Of a stretch of 64,000 nucleotides of DNA, positions 30,029 to 42,777 are shown one piece after another. The notes under the pieces are model-generated. The model did no database searches. It was not told the origin of the DNA and was given only the letters and a program-made list of their open reading frames with translations. A program made the translations under genes and the position numbers. Source of the stretch: Chromera velia (Eukaryota); contig JAHBMJ010000377.1 of NCBI GenBank assembly GCA_018398765.1, forward strand, positions 1 through 64,000. The letters are read 5' to 3'. Positions within the stretch are counted from its first letter, which is position 1. Every line of letters starts with the position of its first letter.

Positions 30029-32539
30029 TAAGGACGGGAAAAGGTGCGTAGGTGCAAGGTGCAAGGTGCTTTGGATGAATACACCTGAATTCAGGTGCAT
30101 TTCAGGTGCATTCATCAGGTACACTGTTTGTACTATAAAACCATAAATTAAAGAGCCGTCTCCTAGGGTTTCTAGCGATTAAAAGGCGCCTAATTCAATG
30201 CTTGAACACACTTTTTCATATAGTATAGCTGTACAATCTTTTACTGATTGATTGATTGATTGATTGATGCCAAACCCTAGGTGGAGTTAGAACTCCCGGG
30301 CGGCGTATACATGCATAGGTTTGTTCAATTATGCCAGCTGCAAGCTAAGTGGACGACAGTTATTCAAACTTAATCCAATCAATCATTTACTATAATATGA
30401 CGAGAAATCATAAAGAGAGAAGAGGGTTGAGAGCGCGAAAGCGATATGATGAACTTGCGAACCCCCAAATTAGAAAAGGAGGCAGATACAAAAGGTGAGT
30501 CACAACGAGTGAAGCGGTTTGATTAAATTAATGCCAACCACTGCAAAAAGCCTTGTTCGGCAGTCCATCGGGGGCAGACAGAGAGCCGATAAATAAAATC
30601 ATCTACACACCGGCAGCAGGCTTCATAGGTGCACAGCTTTCTATCAGAGCAACCAATAGGCAGCCCACCTTGCCCGCCTATCGGGTTGTATGTCAGCATG
30701 CGCAAAAAAGAAAAGATCAAGCCATCTGTAACCGACAGGGCAGAACGGGGTCGGAAGGGCAGAGACGGAAGGAACACTGGAGGACGACTTGCTGCACAGG
30801 AGGAAGACAAACATACGGCGGGAGGACGGGAAGTCGCGCTGCAGAGGGATGAGTCTAGCAAGGAGGGGAAAGTGAGAGGAAGATTGCCCATCATCCTCAG
30901 AAGCCTTCATGCAAGAAGACTATAAGAATTTGATTGAAAAACACATAAAAAGTTGATAAAAATATACAGCAAGTCTCGTTTTTTAATTATGAAAACGATC
31001 CTTTGAACTGGATTCAACTACACTGCAGCATTTCACTTCTTGCAAACATGTTTGCAAATGCATTCTCATGTCATTCATCAATAAATTAAAAAACAGCAAA
31101 AGCATTCCAACGATGGGGAATCTTCTCAATTTTGTGGAGAAGCCGGTGCTGTCCGAAGCATGAAAAACATCCCGCTGCCTAAGCAAAGAATAAAAGAGGT
31201 ACAGTCATGTTGCTAACTGAGTAGAGAGTGGAAGAGACGGAGATATGCTGTTGACTGAGTACTAGAGAATGAAAGAGGTGCGGTGACACCGTCATGCTGC
31301 TGATAGAGCAGAGAGTGAGATAGATGGAGCCACGCTGCGGCCTGAGCTAAGAATAAGAGAGGTGCAGTCATGCTGCTGTCTGAACTCAGAATAAAAGAGG
31401 TGTAGTCGTGCTGCTGCCAAAGAGATGCCGACATGCTGTTGCTTGAACAAAGAATGAAAGAGGTGCGGTCATGCTGCTAATAGAGCAGAGAGTGAGATAG
31501 ATGGAGCCACGCTGCGGCCTGAGCCAAGAATGAGAGAGGTGCAGTCATGCTGCTGCCTGGGCAGAGAGTGAAAGAGGTATAGTCCTGATACTGACTGAGC
31601 ACTGCCAGAGAGTGAGAGTGATGGAGTCATGCAGCTGACTGTGCAAAGAATGAAAGAGATACAGTCATGCTGCTGCCTCGGCAGAGACTGAAAGAAATGC
31701 AGACGTGCCACTTATGGGCAGAGAGTGAGACGGAGTGAGAGGGATGCAGTCCGGCTGCTCGTGAGTAGAGAATGAAAGAGATGTGGTCATACTGCTGTCT
31801 GAGCGGAGAATGAAAGAGGTGCAGTCATGTTGTTGTCTCAGCAAAGAATGGAAGAGGTGCAGTGACTGTCATATTACTGACTGAGCAGAGAGTGAGAGCG
31901 ATGGAATCATGCTGTTGCCTGAACAAAGAATGAAAGAGGCGCAGTCACGCTGCTGCCTCGGCAGAGAGTGAAAGAAAAGTAGAGGTGCCGCTCCTGGGCA
32001 GAGAGTGAGACATGCAGAGAGAGAGGGACTGCGTCATGCAGTCAGGCTGCTGGCTGAGCAGAGAATGAAAGAGATTCGGTCATGCTGCTGTCTGAGCAGA
32101 GAATAAAAGAGGTGTAATTATGCTGTTGACTCAGCAGAGAAAGAAAGAGGAACAGTCATATTATACTGGTCGACTGCAAGAGCTGGATGCACGGTTTTAA
32201 TTTGTGAGGATCTGCATGCATGCATGCATGCGCTTGCATGCGAGACTGGCGGCGCACAAGACCCAGCGCTATATAGAGGTGCGGCACGGGCGCCGCGCCA
32301 GTGAAAGGCCCCGTCAGCTGCTGCATCTTCACCTATATATAGACATTACTCATATATGGGGACGCGGCATACATGAAAAAACCCTCAATCATCATATAAA
32401 CATTCAACTCTTAAAACAATCTCTTTGCTCCACACAATGCACCTATCAGGTGCATCCAGGTGCATAGGTGTAAATCAGGTGCATCAGGTGCATTTTTCAA
32501 GAATGCACCTTTTTTGGAATGCACCTTTTCCCGTCCTTA
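30029..32539. mobile_element. Non-autonomous hAT-like DNA transposon, ~2.5 kb
   Basis: Perfect 19-bp TIRs TAAGGACGGGAAAAGGTGC / GCACCTTTTCCCGTCCTTA. Perfect 8-bp TSD AACTTCAA (30021-30028, 32540-32547). Clusters of subterminal AGGTGCA repeats lie at both ends. Confidence 0.9.
31170..32160. repeat. Degenerate ~37-39-bp tandem array inside the hAT-like element
   Basis: A consensus close to GAGCAAAGAATGAAAGAGGTGCAGTCATGCTGCTGCCT recurs over ~1 kb, with higher-order duplicated blocks. Confidence 0.85.
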
Positions 32540-33107
32540 AACTTCAACAGCATAAAAACTAACAAGTCAATTCAAGCTATGTATATCTGTGTATCAGTAC
32601 AAAACCTTATTAGTGGCTTGGGATTTCGCGTCGCTAAATTTAGGATTTAACCCTTAATCATCATTATCATCATCGGAGTCCAGAGTCAGTACTATAAAAA
32701 AAAAGCTTTGATTTGATAGCTTTGATCCTAGGATTGTGTTATTTACAATTGCTTCATAGCAGATGATGAATTGACATTGATACAAGTTTCATAAAATAGA
32801 ATTAAAATTTGTATTATGTGCATATAAATTTTATTGAAATCAATCGAAAGGTCATAGAAAACAATCAATTAATTAATTAATTGACGTACTATAAAAGGTA
32901 TAGAAATTTGAAAGATTTCAATACATTTTTTATGACATAATATCTGTTGATTTCAAGGCCGCCAGACATTTCTCATAAATTCTATGACCTAGTCTATGAC
33001 ATTTGTATCGGATTAATTTCTATAGCATTTTTATGACCTTTTGCGACTGCTACAAGCTGGTGATGAAGCATCCTCTCTGTCAACGGAGCACTGTGCAGTG
33101 ACTTTAT

Positions 33108-33862
33108 TCAAATGATCGGGCAGCCGAACTCGAGGTTGCCATCCACATTCCACTTTTTGTACACGCACGCTTGGACAAAGAGGCCTGTGAAATCGGCCAG
33201 CGTGACTCCGAGAGAATCTCCAACCCCCGCTGCCGTGAGGGCAAATTCTCTCTTTTCTCCCTCCTGGAAGTCGCTCGAGATCAGAGTGTACACCCCCACG
33301 TACACCCCCCCTCCGAACAGACCGGCCACGAAGGTTAAGGAAAGAAGCCACCAGTCGTATACCACGGGAGGGTGGGTCCATGCAGCCCAACAGAAGAAGA
33401 CCAGAAGCACGCACTGCGCAAGCGGCATGGGCCACTTCAGCTGCTGCCAGGCGCTCATCGGCAGGAACGCCCCAGAGGACCGGGACACAAGCACCCCGAC
33501 CTGCATGCATGCATGTGCGGAATTAAGGAAATTGGATGAATGAATCGCAGGATGCACATATGGACGTGCACTTCTTCCTTCAGTCTGTCGCCTGAATCCA
33601 CCACCTGACGCACTGAAGCGAGCACTACGCAATCGTCACGTGTTGGTCAACACTATTAGGGGCGGCCAGCCACTTATGTGCTGCAAAAAGGAGCAACTAC
33701 CAGTACACAAGGAAAGCGAGGCATGCAGAGAGGTAGACAGACAGGCAGATACTATAGCATTCACAACGGAAGGTAGAGACAAAGATGACTCAGCTGACAG
33801 GCCCGACAAGTAACCGAAGAAGCGGTACAGACAGACAGACAGACAGACAGACAATTAGACGA

Positions 33863-33894
<32 letters not shown>

Positions 33895-33938
33895 TTAGAC
33901 GAACAGAAAGACAGACAGACAGACAGACAATTAGACGA

Positions 33939-33970
<32 letters not shown>

Positions 33971-34984
33971 TTAGACGAACAGACATACATACATACATAC
34001 AGACAGACAGACAGACAATTAGACGAACAGACAGACAGGCAGGCAGACAGACAGACAGACAGGCAGACAGACAGGCAGACCTATGCATTGTCGGCTATGG
34101 ATACGCTCCAATGGAGTTGGCAAAAAACGACACACCAGCGCTATCTCACACTAGGCTTATGAGAAGATGTCTGCAACACCTAGGCGGGCGGGCGCGCTAG
34201 ATTGGTCAGAACAATCTGAGTGGACCGATCGACCGACGAACCTGATAGAGCCAGTTGGAGATGAAGTAGAACTTCTTTCTTGCCTCCTTGTTGTTCACCG
34301 AGGGAAATCCAATCGCAGCCCAGGTACCCGACTGCACGTCCGCATCCGCACAGGCAGACAGAAAAGAATCTTTGTGTCCTCCTTCACAGCTTTTTCTTCA
34401 CTGCTTTCATGGTTTTTGTCAACAATGCTCGTCTCATGTTTTCAATCTCACTATCTTAATTGTGCCTCTCGGCATGTCTTGCTCGTCCTCCCCCTCCCCC
34501 TCCCAGGGAGGCTGTCCATGCACCTGAATTAATTGTCAGATGAAGAACGCCGCATCGGAGTGTGTCGAGTCTGGCCGCAAGGAGAACGAACGGCGTAAAA
34601 GAGCCCAGTTTATTCTTTTAAAAACTCTAGAGTATGCCTCCACTTCTTGCACGATCATACAACTCATTGGGAGAGTTGCTTTCCGCTTTCTCCAACTGAA
34701 TTGTGAAACCTCTCTGAATGCCACACCCTCCCGATCGATCTGCCACCTTTTTCCATGCATTTTTCATCGGCCATCCCTTTATTCTCTTATCTGCTCTCTG
34801 TCTGCATGCATGTCCCATCCGGGTTATCTGCTCTCTGTCTGCATGCATGTCCCATCCACCCGGATTGTGTACTCTCTCTGTGTGTATGCATGTTTGTGTG
34901 TGTCCCATGCACCCGGATTGTGTACTCTCTCTGTGTGTATGCATGTTTGTGTGTGTCCCATGCACCTGCAATGCACCTGCATTG

Positions 34985-35020
<36 letters not shown>

Positions 35021-36099
35021 ATACAGTCTGTGTGTATGCATGTTTGTGTGTGTCCCACCCACCTGCATTGTGTACTCTGCAAAGTACACGAGGGCCAGAG
35101 GAACGATGTAGTGCCACAGGGAGAGGAAGAAACGGAACTTTTCTCCTCCGGAGGCGGGAGATCCGGAATCCGACTCCGACACTGTCGCAGTGACCGTCTC
35201 CCCTCTCTCTGCCGTCTCGCTCTGCAACGCCGTCATGGACGCGACGGAGGAGACCGGCCGGACGGCCGAAGCCTCTCCTGGAGGGTGGCAGGCGAAAGAC
35301 GAACGCTGGCGGACCTGCATCCACAACCATGCATGCGTTTATTTTCATACAGAATTCTTATACAAAATAAAAATAAAAGAATGAAAATACACGCAGACAG
35401 GCGAAAGACGAACGCTGGCGGACCTGCATCCACAACCATGCATGCGTTTTTTTTCATACAGAATTCTTATACAAAATAAAAATAAAAGAATGAAAATACA
35501 CGCAGACAGGCGAAAGAGGAACGCTGACGCACCTGCATCCACAACAATGCACGCGTTTATTTTCATACAGAATTCTTATACAAAATAAAAATAAAAGAAT
35601 GAAAATACACGCAGACAGGCGAAAGAGGAACGCTGACGCACCTGCATCCACAACAATGCATGCGTTTATTTTCATACAGAATTCTTATACAAAATAAAAA
35701 AATAAAAGAATGAAAATACACGCAGACAGGCGAAAGAGGAACGCTGACGCACCTGCAACCGCACACAAGCAGGCATACAACCGTTCAGTCTTTCTCCGCG
35801 TTAGTCAGAAAGTCATGGGAATAATCATGGAGTGCAGCTCAATCTAAAATGCCAGCCAGCTGACCATAGCTTGTCCCTGGGGTGTCTCTGAGTCTCTCCC
35901 CTCTGTCCCTTGGGGCGTTTGCTCTTCTCTGTCTCTGGGTACAGGGTGGAGGAGGCCGAAGAAGAAAGTGGCCAGCCAGCAGAGAGGGAACACGCAGGTG
36001 ATCAGCATCATCCAGGTCAGCCCCAAGTTCAGGGCCTCCATCAGGACGAAATTCCAGAGGAAACCGAAAGGACCTGCATGCAGGAAGAGGCAAAAAACG

Positions 36100-36131
<32 letters not shown>

Positions 36132-37724
36132 AGTAAGTGGTCAGACTGAAGAAGACCAGAGCAAAGGAATAGAATGGTGCTCCGCTGACCCCAAAGAAAG
36201 ACATCAGGTGTGCCTCAGGAGAGCATTTTGATTGAATGAAAAAATGCTACACATACTCATGCACACGACCTTGCAGATGAGGTAAACGAGGAAGAAAGGA
36301 CTACACGAGACTGAGGCAGAGGCCTCCAATGACCTCAACACGTGCACACGCAAAAAAAGTACACGAAAAATACGGAGACATCAGACACCGTGGAAGAAGC
36401 AGACACCATGGCTTCATGTGAGCCAGAGAGACGGACAGACGGACCAGCAAGTCCGGTTCCCGAACTCCAGCACGTCACGGTGGTTCTGCCATCGTAGAAG
36501 GAGGTGTATGCGATCATGGACACCTCCCCAAGGGCCTGCTGGAGACTTGCACACCCGACCCCGACCAGCTGGAAGGGTACACTTTTGGAGAAGGCCACCA
36601 TCAGAAACGAGGCAGTCATCAGACAGGCGCAGCATCCCACTCGAATGCGGTAGGAAACTTTGTGAGCCTGCATGTGAAATTGCATCAATGGAAAATCAGG
36701 CGCAGCATCCCACTCGAATGCGGTAGGAAACTTTGTGAGCCTGCATGTGGAATTGCATCAATGGAAAATCAGGCGCAGCATCCCACTCGAATGCGGTAGG
36801 AAACTTTGTGAGCCTGCATGTGAAATTGCATCAATGGAAAATCAGGCGCAGCATCCCACTCGAATGCGGTAGGAAACTTTGTGAGCCTGCATGTGAAATT
36901 GCATCAATGGAAAATCAAGCGCAGCATCCCACTCGAATGCGGTAGGAAAATTTGTGAGCCTGCATGTGAAATTGCATCAATGGAAAATCAGGCGCAGCAT
37001 CCCACTCGGATGCGGTAGGAAAATTTGTGAGCCTGCATGTGAAATTGCATCAATGGAAAATCAGGCGCAGCATCCCACTCGAATGCGGTAGGAAACTTTG
37101 TGAGCCTGCATGTGAAATTGCATCAATGGAAAAACAGAGAGCAATTGCCGACGTTCCCAAGAATCTGAATTCAGAAAATGCGACCAAGAAGATGCACTTC
37201 TCAAGCAACCAAGGTCAGTTGTTTTGCTGGTTTAGAAAATGCATGCAGCTGGCGGAGTCCCTCCTGTTTCACACCAGTCAGCGCTCACCTAAGGCAACCA
37301 CATAGATTGAAGCCGACTGAATGAAGCAGAAGGACGGCTGACAGACAGACAGACAGATTCGGATGCGTCTGTCAACGACGAAGAGTGTGCAACAATGTGC
37401 GAGCATGCTGCGTGGTGAATGAAGAGCCGTTCCACTTACCCAGTAGGGAATGGTCAGTTTGACCATGAAAGAGGGCAGGATGGAGGCGATGAAAACGAGC
37501 CCCACCGACTGCTCTGAGATCTCTTTGGCAGCTGCCAGGAAGACCACATAGGGGAAGTTGTTGAAGAGTCCCAACAGGAAGAACGCAATCAAGTTCTGCA
37601 TATTCTCCTTGGGGGCCTCAGAGGGGGGAGAGGACGCTCCCGAATGATCAGTCAGATCCAACATCGGCATCTTGGCGTCGCCACCCTGAGGGGCAACTGA
37701 GTTCTCTTTGCCGGGGGGCTGCAT
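33108..37724 (-). CDS. CLN3: Battenin (CLN3/Btn1) family lysosomal/vacuolar membrane protein, 6 exons
   Basis: Exons: 37724-37440, 36667-36445, 36073-35865, 35314-35063, 34331-34242, 33500-33108, all phase-compatible. Motifs: FFLLGLFNNFPYVVFLAAA, LGEVS...WSSGTGLAG, PLALVYFAEY, YQVGVLVSRSS, GLFGGGVYV, REFAL. The C-terminus ends in the CAAX-like CPII*. Confidence 0.93.
35290..35760 (-). repeat. ~109-bp tandem repeat (~4.3 copies) spanning the CLN3 intron 3/exon 4 acceptor
   Basis: The unit includes ...GGATGCAG|GTCCGCCAGCGTTCGTCTTTCGCC plus AT-rich intron tail. The repeated small ORFs at 35345 and 35454 are offset by 109 bp. Confidence 0.9.
36624..37133 (-). repeat. 73-bp tandem repeat x7 spanning the CLN3 intron 1/exon 2 acceptor
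   Basis: Near-identical units start at 36624, 36697, 36770, 36843, 36916, 36989 and 37062. Each contains CATGCAG|GCTCACAAA. Confidence 0.95.
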
Positions 37725-37979
37725 GTTCTCTGTCAGTCAGGAACTCTTGTGTGGCGGCTATAGCCAGGCGTGCGGATTCTGATTCTACGGGACGCGCTGT
37801 CCACTTTTATATATATTATACGGAATTGCGCGTGTGTGGTCAAGTTGTGTCACAAATTGCTTCTGTGTGCATGAGCTGCGTGCTGCTGTCAGATTCGTCC
37901 AATCGATGCTTTGCTTCATGGACTCTTGCATCTGCATGGTGAACATTAGTTGGACAATTAAGACTCTGACAGACTCGGT

Positions 37980-38165
37980 GCATGCATGCATTCATGCATG
38001 TTCGATCGTCTGACCTGCATGCATGCATGCATGCATGCATCAGAGTGGCCCCGGAAAGCCATGCAACGCGCCACGCACGCGCTTGCGTGCATGCATGCAC
38101 GATTCATGCATGGACACAGCTGCTATAGCGCGCGCGCGATGCGCGCCCGCGCGTCCGACGGCCGG
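37980..38165. promoter_or_regulatory. Putative bidirectional promoter (CLN3 / PNK3P-like)
   Basis: Dense TGCATGCA repeats and GCGCGCGCG tracts lie between the two divergent start codons. Confidence 0.5.
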
Positions 38166-38229
38166 GATCGACTCGGATCATCTCGATCGATCGAAGCTCT
38201 GTCAGAGCTCTTTGAGCCTTTCTCTCGTA

Positions 38230-39669
38230 ATGAACGAAGTCCGCTTTGAAAAATCCCAGCTAGAGTACCCCATACTCCTCCAGCATGTTGTTCACAAAGA
38301 GAATCGGTTGCACGCTTCCAGTGACTAGGCGGGCGAAGATTTGATTTCTCATCTGCATGAGAGAATCATGAACCGTCCCCTGGGAGAAGCTAAAAGCCGT
38401 CTCCGCAGAGAGAGGCTGAGAGACCTGGCCACTCGAGTCAGGCTGCCGCCTGGGTGGAGACGGGTGGACATGTGCTTTGTCAAGTCAGTCTGTCACTACT
38501 TGCTGACTCATTCATTCATTCGTTGAGTCAGTCAGTCAGTCAGTCAGTCAGTCAGTCGTTCGGTCTTCAGTCTGTTATTCAGCCAGTCTCTGAGTCAGAT
38601 TGTCCGTCTACCAGTAAGTCCATCTGCCAGCCAGTAAATAAGCCCGCCATCGTGTGTCACTGCTTCTGCTGCAGATAGTCCAGTCAGCAGTCTGCCCACT
38701 GCATGCATGCATGCATGCATGCATGGCGTCCCTCCTGCAGCTCTGTGTCGTTCCTCGCTCGTTACTCGTTCGGCCCTCACAGTGTCATGCGCATGCAATC
38801 CGTCCGTCTGTCCGTCGCGTATTTATCGTTTGTTTCATCAATCCGGCCTTTCGTCAGACTGTTTGTTCGCGTGCACATACAGAGAGAGAGAAGTGCATAC
38901 TGAGGAAGAAACTCCGGATTGCTTGGGGAGTCAATCCTTCAGCCGGGGGACCAGCCTGCCTGCCTTCCTCGCAGCATTATTCCTGTGGACGCCGCAATGG
39001 AACTTCAGAAAGAATGATCGCCCGAATCAGAAGCTCATCTGACTCACGCAGACTCTGCCCGTCTGTGGAACAAACTCGTGTAGCATCTCCTCTTGCATTT
39101 GGTTGGGTCGTCTGCTGCTGTTTTGCAGATTCCCCCGTCTTCGGAAGTGGCACCTGTACCGAGCTGTGAAACTGGGTGCGATTGAGAATAGTCAGAAAGA
39201 AGACTGCAGATCCACGCACAGCCAGGCGAGACCGATAGCTGCTCTCTGTCTGGACAAGACATTGGTGTTGCAGAGCCGGGAGGGAAACGCGGGGGGGTGG
39301 CGAGTGGCTGCCGAGGGCGTCGCTCAGGCAGTACGAGGCTTCCGAGAGAGAGGGTACCGTCTGGCGCTGCTCTCGAAGCAGAGCCGACTTGGACGCGCAC
39401 GGCTGGTTGATGAGAGTGAGGAAGCCATACGGCTAGTCTCTGCGCAATTGTCTGCTCTGAGTAACGCTATGGGGATGGGCAAGGAGGCGCAGATCTACTT
39501 CTCAGCAGCAGCGTCGTCAGTGGATGAACCCGACGATCCCCCCTATCTGGGGCTGTGGGAGGTGATGGTGGGGTTGAATGGGGCAATGGGGGGGGTGGAC
39601 TTGGGGAGGTCTGTGATCGTGGCAGATCTCCCGGAAGCTGAGACAGTGGGGGGCGCTAAATGGGAAGAG
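38230..39669 (+). CDS. Degenerate polynucleotide kinase 3'-phosphatase (PNK3P/HAD)-like protein; possibly a pseudogene; 3' end not found
   Basis: Exon ~38230/38368-38483 splices to 39129-39669 (FVK|FPRLRKW). Motifs IAALCLDKTLV, GYRLALLSKQ, DDPPYLGLWE and VDLGRSVIVADL align by eye with PNK3P motifs (FDLDGTL, GYxIVIFTNQ, RKPxxGMW, SFxVGD). An in-frame TAG lies at 38326-38328 if the first ATG is used. Confidence 0.6.
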
Positions 39670-39749
39670 GTCAGGTCTCTTCTAGCTGTGAATTGGAAGA
39701 AGAAGAAGAGATCGTCGGTCACGCCATCTATTCTGCCTGCCTGTCTGTG

Positions 39750-39783
<34 letters not shown>

Positions 39784-39966
39784 CCTGCCTGCCTGCCTGC
39801 CTGCCTGTCTGTCTGTCTGTCTGTCTGTCTGCCTGCCTGCCTGTCTGTCTGTCTGTCTGTCTGCCCACTTTGTCTGAGTTGTCATGATGTTCTTTTGTCT
39901 TTGTTGCTTTCTTTCTTTTTGTGTATTGTGTTGATGAAGAAAAGGAGGGAGAAGAAGACACATATA

Positions 39967-40010
<44 letters not shown>

Positions 40011-40877
40011 TTACCCTTCAACTGAGAGAGCGCGCCAAAAGAACAAAGAAAAAAGCAGAAGGGAATGAAGAAAGAGAAAGACGATATGGTCTGTCTTTCT
40101 TTCTGTCTGTCTGTGAAAGAAAAAGAAAAAAGAGGTCATATATTAATATACAGTCTGTCTGGTGTATGCATGTTTGCGTGTCTGTTAGTTGCGTTCGTCT
40201 GTTAATGCTTCACTTGCTTTTCCGTCGTTTGGGCTCCCTGGCTACCTTGGGCATTTCTTCTTTCTTCGATCCGTCGTTGGATCTTGAATGCTTCATGTCT
40301 ATTTTCACTTCATTCTTTGCACTGCCTGCCGATGGATTTAATGATCATTTTGATGACCGAGTGACTGCAGCTGCACAGAAGGGCCTCGGTCCCTCTCCTG
40401 GTCGACTCTTCTCACCTTTGGGAACCCTCTGCTCTCTTCGAGCGATTGGACACTCTTCAAATTGAGGGTAAAACGAGCGGGACACAGGTTGGAATTGACA
40501 GCAGATACGGATTTGGATGAAAGTTTGAGCTGTGTATACCGTCTCGATCAATGAATGGGCCGGCGCCTCATGATTATAATTAAGCCTTAAGAATTCGATC
40601 CTACTACAGTGTTGTGACTATAGTATGTGTATAGTACTTTGTTATATAACTTTGCTGCTATTTATAGTTTGCAATGTACTGATATTGAGCTAGTAATTTG
40701 ATAGTTAACAGTGCTATATTTACGCTATATCTAGTATCTAGTTTAGTATACTCTAGAGTATACTATAGTAGCAACACTAATAGCAATAATGCTTTACAAT
40801 TCTAGTTACAATTAACTTGGTACAGAGTTGCCGTACAACATTTTATATACCATTTCATTTTTATATCGACGTATTAT

Positions 40878-41102
40878 TTAGGCGCCGGCTAGAGAAAAAA
40901 AAAAAAGATCTCCCTAGATCGTCTATTTTTTTTTTTTTCTTTTTCAGTCAAACAACTGTTGTTCAACTGTTGCACAAGTGTTGTTTGTGTGTTGTACAAC
41001 TGTTGTCAAGTGTTGTTCAGGGTCAAAAAGTAAAAATTAAAGAAAAAAAAAAAAGAGCTCCCCAAATCGTCTACTTTTTTTTTTTCTCTAGCCGGCGCCT
41101 AG
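40878..41102. mobile_element. MITE (hAT-like), 225 bp, family A
   Basis: TIR (C/T)TAGGCGCCGGCTAGAGAAAAAA...TTTTTTCTCTAGCCGGCGCCTAG. Perfect 8-bp TSD CGTATTAT (40870-40877, 41103-41110). Homologous to the element at 59701-59946. Confidence 0.9.
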
Positions 41103-42777
41103 CGTATTATATCGTAGTAATTTTATATCTGGATTTATATTTGAACTCGATTGCAAGTAGCCTACTTACGAGTACTTATATAAGCCATGCAAGTTACGGT
41201 AATACGGTCCAACTTACGGATACTAAATACGTACATCCTAGCATATATTAAGGGCACCAGAGGCCCACCACAGTACCGGGTCAGTCTTCTAAAAAGGGAC
41301 TCCCTGGCCCTTAAGGCAGAGACAGAAGAGTTCAGCGCAGTACGCTCATCCTCTTGGAGAACTAAAACGTAAAAAAGGGTATGAAGTGTAAGAATTTGGG
41401 GAATTGATAGATTAGATTCATTAAAAGCCAATACGAGAGCGTTGAACACCTAACTAGGAAATAGAAATGTCTTAAGGCATTAAAGGCAACGGTGGTAGGA
41501 ACTGACAGTAAGATACTATTTTCTTACTAAAAAGATGCCCCCCCTTCAGATAATAATTCTTTTGAAACGAATGAAATAGAACCAACAATGACAATTACTA
41601 GAATAATTAGACTAGTGTAATTAGATAAAATATAACAGAATTGAATCGATTTCTTTCCACACAGTGCTGTTATATTTTTTTTTTTTGCATGAACACGTTT
41701 TTTTTTTCATTTTTGAATACAGATATCTTGAAGCTAAGAAGCTTAATAGCGAACCGACAAATTTGGATAAAGCCATGATCGGCGCAAAAACAAATTCTTT
41801 CGGAATTTGTCAGCTTTTTTTTGTTACTATCGGTTCACCTGCAATTAAATTGGGCATGCTTTCAACAAGAAAGACGACAAAATGTTCTTCTGGACACATG
41901 AAAGAGGGATCGAGCTGGAGCATACACAGGTGCTGCAGACATGGACACACGCACTCTCACACGCATGCATGCACGCGGGAAAAGAGAACAAGAGAGAGAG
42001 AGAGCGCGCGCGGAAGACAGAGAGAGAGAGAGAGCGCGCAAGAGAGAGATGGAGAGGGAGAGGGCCAGCGAACGAAGAACGTGAGACGACAATGAAAATT
42101 TCTCACTTACCCCAATCTTCTTCTACTCCGACATTTCGACTCAATGAAGCCCCACAAGCACCCTTCTCTCGCTTGACTATTTTTGTAAAAAGACTGATTT
42201 TCTTTATTTTCTTGACATCTTTTGCGTTGATTGCACGAGTGGAAAGCTCCTGTAATGCCGACCTTTCTATCAATGGCCTTTTGAATTCTTCGCCTTATGA
42301 ATCAGTGTGACGTTTTCGCTTTCAAATACAACGAATGCGCTCAAGACAGAATGCAAACGAGAAGTCGGTTTGTGCGACATTTTTTCTGATTTTGGCGCTC
42401 TCTCTCTCCTTCCGTCTGCGCGCGCGCGCGTGTGTGTGTGTGTGTGCTACTGCCCGTCACCGAACTAGGCTGATTTACCGTTTGCCGAAAAACCCTTCGA
42501 GGGTCTCTCTGAATTTTGCGGCTTAGACCTTTTTGTTTTCTCTTCTTCCCTCTTTGTCATTCGCACCAGTCCCTCTCTTCCTTCTTTGGATCATTGCTTT
42601 TGGAATGCCGCCACGCTATTTGAGAGGACGGAAGGAAAACAGAAACACATTCAAACCTGCTCAGCGAGTGAGAGAGAGATCAGTCAGTCACTTGATGGAC
42701 AAGTCCTTGCACAACAAAAAAGGTCCGACTGAACATTGCCAGCCCGCATTTGTCTCTCTCCATTTCTTTTTCTTCCT

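Noticed and set aside
36624..37133. CRISPR array or coding repeat
   Set aside because: The units are contiguous with no spacers. 73 bp is not a multiple of 3 and the copies contain in-frame stops.
38326..38328. Stop-codon reassignment or readthrough
   Set aside because: Intact genes here end in ordinary TAG (SDR) or TGA (CLN3) and have no internal stops. A point mutation or a downstream start explains it more simply.
41162..41449. 95-aa minus-strand ORF in an AT-rich island
   Set aside because: No recognisable motif and it lies in repeat debris, so it is not supportable as a gene.
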